This document shows positions 30,956-40,064 of a stretch of 64,000 nucleotides of DNA, one piece after another (position 1 is the stretch's first letter; the number at the start of each line of letters is the position of its first letter). Below the pieces are notes generated by a model, which saw nothing but the letters and a program-made list of their open reading frames with translations, was not told where the DNA came from and searched no databases. The position numbers and the translations under genes are program-made. Origin of the DNA: Pseudomonadota bacterium (GTDB lineage: Bacteria; Pseudomonadota; Gammaproteobacteria; Burkholderiales; Methylophilaceae); NCBI GenBank assembly GCA_041165405.1, contig JBEANL010000002.1, positions 25,996 through 89,995 of the forward strand, in the 5' to 3' direction.

Positions 30956-31623
30956 TGTTTTTTCAATTCTCAGTTTTTTTATCAACTTTTTTTATGGGGT
31001 TGATGGGCGGCCCACATTGTATCGCTATGTGCGGAGCGCCATGTGCTGCAATTAGTGCACAAGGACCTCGGCAGATTGTGAAATTTCACTTAGGTCGCAT
31101 TTTAGGTTACGGCATCTTAGGTGGTATCGCAGCTTATTCTGTGAATAATCTAGCTTGGTTTTCAAATCAAACGATGTCGCTTCATCCTATCTGGACATTT
31201 TTTCATGGCATTATTTTTGTATTGGGTTTTGTGATGTTGCTTTATGCAAAGCAACCTCAATGGATTGATCATATGGGTAAATCTATTTGGAATAAAATAC
31301 AAAAAATTTCTAAAACGTTAAGAAGTAGTTTTTTATTAGGATTGCTCTGGTCTTTCATGCCATGCGGACTTTTGTATTCCGCATTGCTTGTTGCAGCTCT
31401 TACTTTAAATATTTTAAATGGCTTTCTTTCTATGATGTTTTTTGCATTAGGCACAAGTATCTCTCTAATAGTGAGCCCAATCATTTGGTTAAAGATAAAA
31501 AATGGAAAATTATGGCTCAATGAAATACAAGGAATGCGTATAGCAGGGTTACTTCTTATGATTGCTGCATCTTGGGCAATCTGGATGGATTTAATTCATC
31601 CCATGAAATTATGGTGCCAATAA
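30955..31623 (+). CDS. TauE/SafE (DsbD_2) family membrane protein associated with cco clusters
   Basis: GGPHCIAMCG, FHLGRILGY, MPCGLLY. Confidence 0.88.
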   Translation: MFFQFSVFLSTFFMGLMGGPHCIAMCGAPCAAISAQGPRQIVKFHLGRILGYGILGGIAAYSVNNLAWFSNQTMSLHPIWTFFHGIIFVLGFVMLLYAKQPQWIDHMGKSIWNKIQKISKTLRSSFLLGLLWSFMPCGLLYSALLVAALTLNILNGFLSMMFFALGTSISLIVSPIIWLKIKNGKLWLNEIQGMRIAGLLLMIAASWAIWMDLIHPMKLWCQ

Positions 31624-31651
31624 AAAACCCCTACGTTTGAAGGCAGGGGTT
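31622..31651 (-). terminator. Intrinsic terminator of ompW
   Basis: Minus strand aacccctgccttcaaacgtaggggtttttt. Confidence 0.75.
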
Positions 31652-31687
31652 CAAGGAAAATGCTAGTGGACCTAGCATTATTTACTA

Positions 31688-32308
31688 CTAGAATTTCTTA
31701 CCAATACCAAAGCTTACAACCCATGGGTCAACGTCAAGATCGTCAATTTTTGAAGTCGTATTGACGTCTGTGCTAAACCAGATTTTCTTCACATCAAAGT
31801 TGACTAACCATTTGTTTTGGAGATTGTAATCGACACCTGCTTGAAGTGCTGGACCAAACATATTTCTATCAACGGTAATGCCTGTCGTACTTAAATTTAA
31901 ATTTCTATCTATCGCTCTGATATAGGACAAACCTGCTCCAACATAAGGGTCAACTGTTTGATCAGGATTAAAATGCCATTGTGCAGTTAATGTCGGAGGC
32001 AGGAGATTAATACTACCTAATTTGCTTACAGATCCATCATTTGCAATTGCATTTACATCATGTCTTGTACCTGTAGCCAAAATAAGTTCAGCAGCTATAT
32101 TTTTTGTAAAATAGTATGAGAAGTCAATTTCTGGAATTGTATTGCTATCGACTTCTAATTTTTGGTATCCACTTAAATTAAGATGACTTGATTCGTCAGG
32201 TGCAATGTGAGTTGCTCTTAAACGAACAACCACATCACCCTTTTCAGCAAAAGATAGGGCTGGTGCCATTAAGCCAGCAACTAAAATGGCAATGAGTGAT
32301 TTTTTCAT
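31688..32308 (-). CDS. ompW: OmpW family outer membrane protein
   Basis: Signal peptide, NIAAELILAT, LPPTLTAQWHF, PYVGAG, DPWV..GKKF. Confidence 0.93.
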   Translation of the reverse strand: MKKSLIAILVAGLMAPALSFAEKGDVVVRLRATHIAPDESSHLNLSGYQKLEVDSNTIPEIDFSYYFTKNIAAELILATGTRHDVNAIANDGSVSKLGSINLLPPTLTAQWHFNPDQTVDPYVGAGLSYIRAIDRNLNLSTTGITVDRNMFGPALQAGVDYNLQNKWLVNFDVKKIWFSTDVNTTSKIDDLDVDPWVVSFGIGKKF

Positions 32309-32334
32309 AATATTTCCCTATTAATAACAGGGTA

Positions 32335-32376
32335 ATTTTATGGTTTATAAGAGAAGAAAGACTTGATGTAGATCAA
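32335..32376 (-). promoter_or_regulatory. Class II FNR-dependent promoter of ompW
   Basis: Perfect TTGAT-gtag-ATCAA at 32363-32376 and TAAAAT at 32340-32335, matching -41.5 geometry. Confidence 0.9.
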
Positions 32377-32383
32377 ATCAAAG

Positions 32384-32803
32384 CTATTTAAGGGAATTGA
32401 GACGATCTCGTAACAGGGATAAGTCATAACCTGCATTTTGAGTTTTACTCAAAATATCATCAATAGGTAATGTTTTTGCATGAGACAGAGCCCAAAGTGT
32501 TGAACATCTTGTACCTGTTCGACAATAAGCAAAAACAGGTTTTTGGGCTACTTCAAAGTAACAGCCAAATTGAGCAATGTCAGCATCTGAAATTTGTCCG
32601 CCCACGACAGGCTGATGAATGGCTTTTATACCTAAATTTTGAGCTTCTTTTTCGATGATTGAAAAAGCTAGCTGGCCCTCAGACTCTTGGTCAGGACGAT
32701 TGCAAAAAATAGTTTTGTAGCCTTGGGCATGAATTTCTTTTAAGTCTTCGATCGTAATTTGATCAGAGACAGTGAGTTCGTTATTTATTTTTGCAAATTT
32801 CAT
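32384..32803 (-). CDS. TIGR01244/DUF442 family sulfur transferase (phosphatase-like fold)
   Basis: IFCNRPDQE, PVFAYCRTGTRC. Confidence 0.88.
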   Translation of the reverse strand: MKFAKINNELTVSDQITIEDLKEIHAQGYKTIFCNRPDQESEGQLAFSIIEKEAQNLGIKAIHQPVVGGQISDADIAQFGCYFEVAQKPVFAYCRTGTRCSTLWALSHAKTLPIDDILSKTQNAGYDLSLLRDRLNSLK

Positions 32804-32812
32804 AACTTCATT

Positions 32813-33982
32813 CTACTTTAAAAAAATGCCTAGTAGGTCATTTAAGAATTGCTGACCCAAAACTGTTGGCTTAATCACTTCGTGATCTATGCTAATTAAT
32901 TTTTTATCTATCGCAGTTTTAAGTTCTTTATCAATAGATGAAATAATTAACCCAGTTTTTTCTTCAAAACTTTGAATAGTAAATCCATCAATCAGGCGTA
33001 AATGATTCATCATAAATTCAAAAGCCAAATCATTATCATGAATGATGGTTTCTGACTCAATCATATTTTGTGAATTTACTTTTTCCATATATTGTTTTGG
33101 ATTCTTGTAGCGACTCTCCCGTGTCATTTTGTCATGAAATGAAAGTTTGCTATGAGCGCCTGCGCCTATACCTAAGTAATCTCCAAATTGCCAATAATTC
33201 AAATTGTGCTGACATTGTGATTTAGGTTTTGCAAAAGCAGATATTTCATAATGTTTATAACCATTTTCACCTAAAATAGTTTCAATAGTTTCTTGCATCA
33301 CAGCGCTCTCATCATCTAAAGGTAATTGAGGAGGATGCTTAAAAAATAAAGTATTTGGTTCTATGGTTAAATGGTAAAAAGATAAATGCCGTGTATTAAA
33401 AGAAGTTGCCGTTTTGGCATCATCTATCGCTTCATCTAATGTTTGATGAGGTAATGCGTACATTAAATCTAAATTCACTTCATCAAAATGATGCATCGCA
33501 ATTTCAATACCTTTTTTAGCTTCTTGACTATTGTGAATGCGACCCAATGATTTGAGATGCATATCATTGAATGATTGAATACCAAGGGAAACTCTTGTCA
33601 CACCAGCGTCTTTATAGCCTTCAAAGTGATTGGTATCAATCGTGCCTGGATTGGCTTCAAGTGTAATTTCAGCATCATATAAGATGGGCGTGAGTGCACG
33701 CACTTGACTTAAAATTTTGTGAATACCTTTCCCACTAAAAAGACTTGGTGTCCCACCACCAAAAAAAATCGAATGAATTTTTCTACCCCAAATTTTAGGT
33801 AGCGAGTATTCAAGATCTTTAATAAGTGCATCCACATAGATAGATTCCATGTCAGTAAAGTTTTGCTTTTCTTTATGTTCATGTGAATTGAAATCACAGT
33901 AGGGACATTTTTTTACACACCAAGGAATGTGAATATAAAGCGAAAGCGGGGGTGGAATAGTGAGTCTTGAAGTTTGACTCAT
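32813..33982 (-). CDS. hemW: Radical SAM heme chaperone HemW
   Basis: LYIHIPWCVKKCPYCDFNSH, FGGGTPS, HNLNYWQFGDYLGIGAGAH. Confidence 0.95.
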   Translation of the reverse strand: MSQTSRLTIPPPLSLYIHIPWCVKKCPYCDFNSHEHKEKQNFTDMESIYVDALIKDLEYSLPKIWGRKIHSIFFGGGTPSLFSGKGIHKILSQVRALTPILYDAEITLEANPGTIDTNHFEGYKDAGVTRVSLGIQSFNDMHLKSLGRIHNSQEAKKGIEIAMHHFDEVNLDLMYALPHQTLDEAIDDAKTATSFNTRHLSFYHLTIEPNTLFFKHPPQLPLDDESAVMQETIETILGENGYKHYEISAFAKPKSQCQHNLNYWQFGDYLGIGAGAHSKLSFHDKMTRESRYKNPKQYMEKVNSQNMIESETIIHDNDLAFEFMMNHLRLIDGFTIQSFEEKTGLIISSIDKELKTAIDKKLISIDHEVIKPTVLGQQFLNDLLGIFLK

Positions 33983-33989
33983 AGACGAT

Positions 33990-34217
33990 TTACTTATTTT
34001 TTAAATAAGGATTAATAAGATCATCAACCATTTGATGAAGCACTTCTTTCATTTGCTTTTCTGAAACTTCCATTAATAAACCATCTTCAATAGCATCTTG
34101 AGAAAGCTGTTTTAGTTCATCAAAATTTTCTTTCATCACCTTAATTTTTTCTGTACATGACACGACTGTTTCGTCATCACGAACCCAAATAGGCCATTTA
34201 TTTTTTGATTTATCCAT
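33990..34217 (-). CDS. Small hypothetical protein
   Basis: 75 aa, translationally coupled between rdgB and hemW; VSCTEKIKVM..N..EL and EDGLLM motifs. Confidence 0.8.
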   Translation of the reverse strand: MDKSKNKWPIWVRDDETVVSCTEKIKVMKENFDELKQLSQDAIEDGLLMEVSEKQMKEVLHQMVDDLINPYLKNK

Positions 34218-34806
34218 AAATCTGATTTAGTTTTAATTTAAGTTTTTGTAATGCTTGTCCACGATGACTAATTCTGTTTTTAATATCTGAAGATAATTCT
34301 GCCACAGCTTTTTCAGTCATATGATCTAAAAATAAAGGATCATAACCAAAACCACCGGAACCACGAGGTACTTTTAGAATTTCTCCATGCCAAATACCTT
34401 CAACAATAATGGGTTCCGGATCAAATTCATGTTTTACAAAAACAATGACACATGTGTAATGTGCTTTTCGGTTTAATTCGTTTTCTAAACTTTTTAAAAG
34501 TTTTTCATTATTTTTTTGATCTGATGAAGGCTCACCTGCATACCGAGCAGATAAAACACCTGGTTTACCATCAAGCGCATCGACACAGATGCCTGAATCA
34601 TCCGCAATTGCAGGAAGTTTTGATAAACGGCTTGCATGCCTTGCTTTAGTAAGTGCATTTTCAACGAATGTATGAAAAGGCTCTTCAGCTGCTTCAATTT
34701 TAAAGTGTGATTGAGGCAGTATCTCAACGTTCATATCATCCAAAATCGACTGAATTTCGATGAGTTTTTTGGCATTGCTTGTTGCAATGACGATTTGTTT
34801 CTTCAT
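34210..34806 (-). CDS. rdgB: dITP/XTP pyrophosphatase
   Basis: ATSNAKKL, ADDSG, GFGYDP, SHRGQA. Confidence 0.96.
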   Translation of the reverse strand: MKKQIVIATSNAKKLIEIQSILDDMNVEILPQSHFKIEAAEEPFHTFVENALTKARHASRLSKLPAIADDSGICVDALDGKPGVLSARYAGEPSSDQKNNEKLLKSLENELNRKAHYTCVIVFVKHEFDPEPIIVEGIWHGEILKVPRGSGGFGYDPLFLDHMTEKAVAELSSDIKNRISHRGQALQKLKLKLNQIYG

Positions 34807-34810
34807 GAAA

Positions 34811-35539
34811 TTACTTTAAAACGTTTTTTTGTAATTGAATAAGTTCTTTGATGCCTTCTGCTGCAAGATCAGACATTTGATCCATCATCTCGCGAGAAAA
34901 AGGGGTGCCTTCGGCAGTACCTTGAATTTCCACAAAACCACCTGAGCCTGTCATCACAATATTCATATCTGTGTCGCAAATTGAATCTTCCGAATAATCT
35001 AAATCTAATAAAGGCTTTCCTTCATGAAGGCCGACAGATATAGCTGCCACAGCATCAATCAAGGGGGATTCGGAAATGAGCTTTTGATTCATTAAATGCG
35101 AAATCGCATCGTGAACCGCGACATAAGCCCCTGTGATACTTGCAGTGCGGGTCCCACCGTCAGCTTGAATCACATCACAATCAATTTGAATCGTGCGTTC
35201 ACCAAGTTTTTTTAAATCAATAATGGCTCTTAAGCTTCGTCCAATAAGACGTTGAATTTCTTGAGTCCGACCCGATTGTTTTCCACGCGCAGCTTCACGA
35301 TCCATTCTAGATCCTGTTGATCTTGGAAGCATCCCATATTCCGCTGTGATCCAACCTTGATTTTGGCCCTTTAAAAAAGAAGGTACTTTTTCATCAATAC
35401 TTGCAGTGCATAACACATGGGTATCACCAAATTTAATTAAGACAGAACCTTCAGCATGTTTTGTGTAATGCCTAATAATTTCAACCGGTCTTAATTGGTT
35501 GTGAGCGCGTTGATTTAATCTCATGATCATCTTCCTCAA
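34811..35539 (-). CDS. rph: Ribonuclease PH (true start likely ATG 35524 or 35530)
   Basis: [36 protein letters not shown]. Confidence 0.97.
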   Translation of the reverse strand: MRKMIMRLNQRAHNQLRPVEIIRHYTKHAEGSVLIKFGDTHVLCTASIDEKVPSFLKGQNQGWITAEYGMLPRSTGSRMDREAARGKQSGRTQEIQRLIGRSLRAIIDLKKLGERTIQIDCDVIQADGGTRTASITGAYVAVHDAISHLMNQKLISESPLIDAVAAISVGLHEGKPLLDLDYSEDSICDTDMNIVMTGSGGFVEIQGTAEGTPFSREMMDQMSDLAAEGIKELIQLQKNVLK

Positions 35540-35657
35540 TAGAAGTCATCATTATAAGCTAGCTTTAATTGATTGATATCTTGTCATTTAAAGGTTTTAG
35601 TCGCAAATGCAACTATAGATTGATAAAATGAACCTTAAACATTGAATTGGATACCTT

Positions 35658-36524
35658 ATGGCTTTAAGCATGACCGGTTTTTCTTTTAAGGAGGCAGATA
35701 CAGAACAGGGTATTTTGCTCCTTGAATTTCGGTCTTTAAATAATCGATATTTAGAGCTCCAAGTTAAACTAGATGAATCTTTAAGGTCTTTTGAGCCCAT
35801 GATTCGCGATCTAATATCTGCGGAAATTAAAAGAGGCAAAGTAGATTGCAGAATTTATTTCAAATCTAAAACGCATGCGCTCGATGTTAAAAACGTAGAT
35901 CCGATTAAGTTAAAACAGCTCGCAAGTTCGGTGGATGAAATTGCAAAACATTTTTCTCATGTACAGCCGATTAATGCGTTCGATATATTAAAAACAAGCG
36001 AGATCATGCACGATCAATCGGTTAATATGAACTTGCTTGAACAAGACCTTAAAAAAAATCTTAAAGAATCGCTGATCGAAATTCAAGCATCTAAAGCACG
36101 CGAAGGTGAAAAGTTACAAAAGATTTTATTAGATAAATTAAAGGATGTTGAAGGGCTTGTAGTTGAAGCCAAAAAAATCTTGCCTGTTTTAATCAAAGAG
36201 TATCAAACTAAAATAGAAAATAAATTTAAAGAAGCATTAATCGCAATCGATGATGACCGATTAAAACAAGAGTTTCTTATTTTTATTCAAAAGATGGATA
36301 TTGATGAAGAGCTTAATCGTATTACATCGCATATCGACGAAGTCAGGCGCTTACTTAAAACAGATGGTGCAATCGGTAAAAAACTAGACTTTATGATGCA
36401 AGAACTTAATCGCGAAGCGAATACTCTGGGTTCAAAATCGATATCACCTAAAACTTCACAAATATCAGTTGATTTAAAAGTTTTGATTGAGCAAATGCGC
36501 GAACAAATTCAGAATATTGAATAA
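35658..36524 (+). CDS. yicC: YicC/YloC family endoribonuclease
   Basis: SMTGF, RSLNNRYL, GKKLDFMMQELNREANT, EQMREQIQNIE. Confidence 0.94.
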   Translation: MALSMTGFSFKEADTEQGILLLEFRSLNNRYLELQVKLDESLRSFEPMIRDLISAEIKRGKVDCRIYFKSKTHALDVKNVDPIKLKQLASSVDEIAKHFSHVQPINAFDILKTSEIMHDQSVNMNLLEQDLKKNLKESLIEIQASKAREGEKLQKILLDKLKDVEGLVVEAKKILPVLIKEYQTKIENKFKEALIAIDDDRLKQEFLIFIQKMDIDEELNRITSHIDEVRRLLKTDGAIGKKLDFMMQELNREANTLGSKSISPKTSQISVDLKVLIEQMREQIQNIE

Positions 36525-36543
36525 TCATGATTAAAGAAAATAT

Positions 36544-37155
36544 ATGAGCCAAGCCCACTTATTTATTATTGCAGCAGCTTCAGGTGCCGGTAAAACGACA
36601 CTCGTAAAAGCCCTATTAAATAAAGACAAAGATCTTCAGGCCTCTGTGTCTCATACCACACGTAAGCCGCGTCCGGGAGAAGTAGATGGCGTGGATTATC
36701 ATTTTGTTGATGAAGCCACCTTTTTAGATTTAAAGAGGAAAGGCGAATTTTTAGAGTCTGCCGAATGTCATGGTGGTATGTATGGCACCAGTAAAAAATC
36801 AGTTCAGACTATTCTTGATCAAAAGAAAGATGTAGTTTTAGAAATTGATTGGCAAGGTGCTCAAGCCCTTAAAGCTCAGTTTAAAGAGGCCGTTTCAATT
36901 TTTGTATTGCCACCTTCTGTTGAAACATTAGCTGAAAGATTAAATAACCGCGGACATGATAGTGATGAGACGATTGCAAAAAGACTCGCGGTTGCACGAG
37001 AAGAGATGAGCCATGTAGATGAGTTTGATTATGTTACAATCAATGATGACTTTGAAGTAGCGCTCCATGATCTTATGGCTATTATTCGATCTACTCGATT
37101 AATGTGCCATATTCAGCTTACACGACATAGCCATTTAATTAAAAACTTGACTTGA
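36544..37155 (+). CDS. gmk: Guanylate kinase
   Basis: [27 protein letters not shown]. Confidence 0.97.
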   Translation: MSQAHLFIIAAASGAGKTTLVKALLNKDKDLQASVSHTTRKPRPGEVDGVDYHFVDEATFLDLKRKGEFLESAECHGGMYGTSKKSVQTILDQKKDVVLEIDWQGAQALKAQFKEAVSIFVLPPSVETLAERLNNRGHDSDETIAKRLAVAREEMSHVDEFDYVTINDDFEVALHDLMAIIRSTRLMCHIQLTRHSHLIKNLT

Positions 37156-37171
37156 AATTTGGAGAAATAAC

Positions 37172-37387
37172 ATGGCACGAATTACAGTAGACGATTGCTT
37201 AGAAGTGATTCCTAATCGCTTTAAACTTACGCTAGCTGCCGCATACCGCGCAAGACAATTAGCCAATGGTGCTGAAGCATTAGTGAGCACCCATGGTTTA
37301 AGAGACAAGCCTACGGTATTAGCATTAAGAGAAATTGCAGCAGGTAAAGTTGGTCTTGATATCTTAAATAGAAAAACAACGTACTAA
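37172..37387 (+). CDS. rpoZ: RNA polymerase omega subunit
   Basis: [33 protein letters not shown]. Confidence 0.97.
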   Translation: MARITVDDCLEVIPNRFKLTLAAAYRARQLANGAEALVSTHGLRDKPTVLALREIAAGKVGLDILNRKTTY

Positions 37388-37428
37388 TTTCTAAAATAGG
37401 GCGTCAAGCCCCTTCAAGATTAAAGATC

Positions 37429-39630
37429 ATGGCTAGTACCGCTCATTTCAATAAAGCGGATGCTCAAAAAACACCGCCACCCCCGTTACTGCCTGTTGAT
37501 AACGAAGAGTCTGAACTCACAATTCTTCTCAAGACTTATTTAAAAACAAAAGATATCCAAAAAATATGGGATGCCTATCGGTTTAGTGAAGAAGCGCATC
37601 ATGGTCAATCTCGACGAAGTGGTGAGCCATATATTGTTCATCCAGTCGCCGTAGCTTGCACATTAGCAAGACTTCACCTTGATGCCCCCACAATCCTTGC
37701 CGCACTCCTTCACGATGTTGTTGAAGACACAACGATCACCAATAAAGAAATCGAAAAAAAATTTGGTAAACAAGTTTCTGTATTAGTGGATGGTTTGTCA
37801 AAGCTCGACAAAATTGAATTTCAAGATGCCACACAAGCACAAGCAGAAAACTTTAGAAAAATGTTATTGGCGATGTCGAATGATGTCCGCGTCATTTTAG
37901 TGAAGCTCGCGGATCGTCTTCATAATATGCAAACCTTAGATGTTTTAAGACCTGAAAAACAGAAACGTATCGCGCAAGAAACGCATGATATTTATGCGCC
38001 CATTGCAAATCGATTGGGCTTAAATACCATTTATCAAGAACTTGAAGATTTAAGTTTTAAACATCTATATCCTATGCGCTATCGCGCAATTCAAAAAGCT
38101 ATGAAAGCCTCTCGAGGAAATCGTCGTGAAGTAGTTGAAAAAATTACGGCGGCAATTCAACAAAAACTCCTTGAGATGAAAATACTAGCCGAAGTGACAG
38201 GCCGCGAAAAAAATACTTATAGTATTTATAAGAAGATGAGTGAAAAAGGGATGTCATTTGCACAGATCAATGATATCTATGGATTTAGAATTATTGTAAA
38301 AGAAGCAAATGATGCTTATTTAGCATTAGGTGCTCTTCATGCACTTTATAAACCACTTGCAGGTAAATTTAAAGATTACATTGCGATTCCTAAAGCTAAT
38401 GGCTACCAATCTTTGCATACAAGTTTATTTGGACCTTTTGGAACACCCATTGAAGTGCAAATTCGTAGTGAAAAAATGCACAAACTTGCTGAGGCTGGTG
38501 TTGCAGCACATTGGCTTTATAAAACAAAAGATGCACATCTCACAGAGCTTCAACAACAAACCCATCAATGGTTAAAACGTCTTTTAGAGATTCAATCCGA
38601 TAGTTCGGATTCGCTCGAATTTTTAGAGCATTTAAAAGTTGATCTTTTTCCTGATGAAGTTTATGTATTTACGCCTAAAGGGAAAATTTTAGCGCTTCCT
38701 AAAGGCTCGACCGCAGTTGATTTTGCTTACGCAGTGCATAGTGATGTCGGTAATTGCTGTGTAGCAGCAAAATACAATCAAGAACTCGTCCCGCTTCGCG
38801 CAGAAGTGCATAACGGTGATCATATTGAAATTATTACAGCGCCATTAGCCAAGCCTAATCCCGCATGGTTAAATTTTGTCATTACTGGAAAAGCAAGGTC
38901 GCATATTCGACAATATTTGAAATCTATTGAGTCAGAAGAATCTTCAAGACTTGGTGAGAGCATGCTTAATCAAGCGCTTAAAGCTCTTCATATCAACCCA
39001 TCTTCAATTAAAGAGTCTCATTGGAAAAAATTAATCAGTGATTATGGTGTTAAAAATAAAGAAGATATTTTGGCGGAGATTGGTTTAGGTAAGCGTATGA
39101 ATGTCATGGTAGCCCACCAACTTATTAGTTTTATGGATGGCGTCAGTCATAAAAAAGGCAAACATAAACAGCTCGATGTGATCACCATTAAAGGCTCAGA
39201 GAGCATGGCAATTCAATTGGCAAGTTGCTGTCATCCTATCCCAGGCGATCCTATTTTAGGATTTATTAATAAAGACAAGGGTCTTGTGGTTCATACCCAT
39301 GATTGTTTAGCGATTAGAAAATTTAAACTTGATCCTGATAAATGGCTTGATGTTGAATGGGACCCAAATCCAGATCGATTATTCAAGGTCAATTTACAAA
39401 TTATGGTATTAAATGAGCGCGGTATGCTTGCTAAGATTTCTTCCGTGATTGCAGAATCAGATTCAAATATTGATAATGTGAACGTTGAGGAGTCGGATGG
39501 GGGACATTTTGTAAATGTAAACTTTATTGTGCAAGTGCATAATCGTATTCACTTAGCAGACCTGATGAGAAACTTAAGAAAGATTACTAATATCTCCAGA
39601 ATTAGTCGTGTCAAAATGAAAAATTTTTAA
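37429..39630 (+). CDS. spoT: Bifunctional (p)ppGpp synthetase/hydrolase
   Basis: SGEPYIVHP, intact LHDVVED, KLADRLHNM, NGYQSLHT, TGS and ACT domains; gmk-rpoZ context. Confidence 0.95.
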   Translation: MASTAHFNKADAQKTPPPPLLPVDNEESELTILLKTYLKTKDIQKIWDAYRFSEEAHHGQSRRSGEPYIVHPVAVACTLARLHLDAPTILAALLHDVVEDTTITNKEIEKKFGKQVSVLVDGLSKLDKIEFQDATQAQAENFRKMLLAMSNDVRVILVKLADRLHNMQTLDVLRPEKQKRIAQETHDIYAPIANRLGLNTIYQELEDLSFKHLYPMRYRAIQKAMKASRGNRREVVEKITAAIQQKLLEMKILAEVTGREKNTYSIYKKMSEKGMSFAQINDIYGFRIIVKEANDAYLALGALHALYKPLAGKFKDYIAIPKANGYQSLHTSLFGPFGTPIEVQIRSEKMHKLAEAGVAAHWLYKTKDAHLTELQQQTHQWLKRLLEIQSDSSDSLEFLEHLKVDLFPDEVYVFTPKGKILALPKGSTAVDFAYAVHSDVGNCCVAAKYNQELVPLRAEVHNGDHIEIITAPLAKPNPAWLNFVITGKARSHIRQYLKSIESEESSRLGESMLNQALKALHINPSSIKESHWKKLISDYGVKNKEDILAEIGLGKRMNVMVAHQLISFMDGVSHKKGKHKQLDVITIKGSESMAIQLASCCHPIPGDPILGFINKDKGLVVHTHDCLAIRKFKLDPDKWLDVEWDPNPDRLFKVNLQIMVLNERGMLAKISSVIAESDSNIDNVNVEESDGGHFVNVNFIVQVHNRIHLADLMRNLRKITNISRISRVKMKNF

Positions 39631-39660
39631 GTAACTTATTAAAAAAGAAAGAATGAAGAA

Positions 39661-40038
39661 ATGACAAAAGAAATTATTCAAACTAAAAATGCACCAGAAG
39701 CAATTGGGACTTATTCTCAGGCTGTCAAAATAGGTAATACTATTTATTTATCAGGTCAAATTGCACTTGATCCTCAATCAATGCAATTAGTTGAAGGAAT
39801 TGAAGCACAAATTCATCAAGTATTTAAAAATTTAAAATCAGTTGTTGAAGCTTCTGGAGCTCAGTTAAGCGACATCGTAAAAATTAATATTTACTTAACC
39901 GATCTATCTCATTTTGCCTTGGTCAATACTATCATGGGCGAATATTTTACAAAGCCTTACCCAGCGAGAGCCGCGTTAGGTGTTGCATCACTTCCTAGAA
40001 ATGCACTTATCGAAGCTGATGGTGTCGTTGTTCTTTAA
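39661..40038 (+). CDS. ridA: RidA/YjgF family deaminase
   Basis: [20 protein letters not shown]. Confidence 0.9.
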   Translation: MTKEIIQTKNAPEAIGTYSQAVKIGNTIYLSGQIALDPQSMQLVEGIEAQIHQVFKNLKSVVEASGAQLSDIVKINIYLTDLSHFALVNTIMGEYFTKPYPARAALGVASLPRNALIEADGVVVL

Positions 40039-40064
40039 ATTATTTTACTTAAGAGTATTTCAAT

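Noticed and set aside
12430-32803. Accessory block as an active mobile element or defence island
   Set aside because: No transposase, integrase, terminal repeats, toxin-antitoxin, restriction or other defence-like genes recognised; composition looks like the flanks
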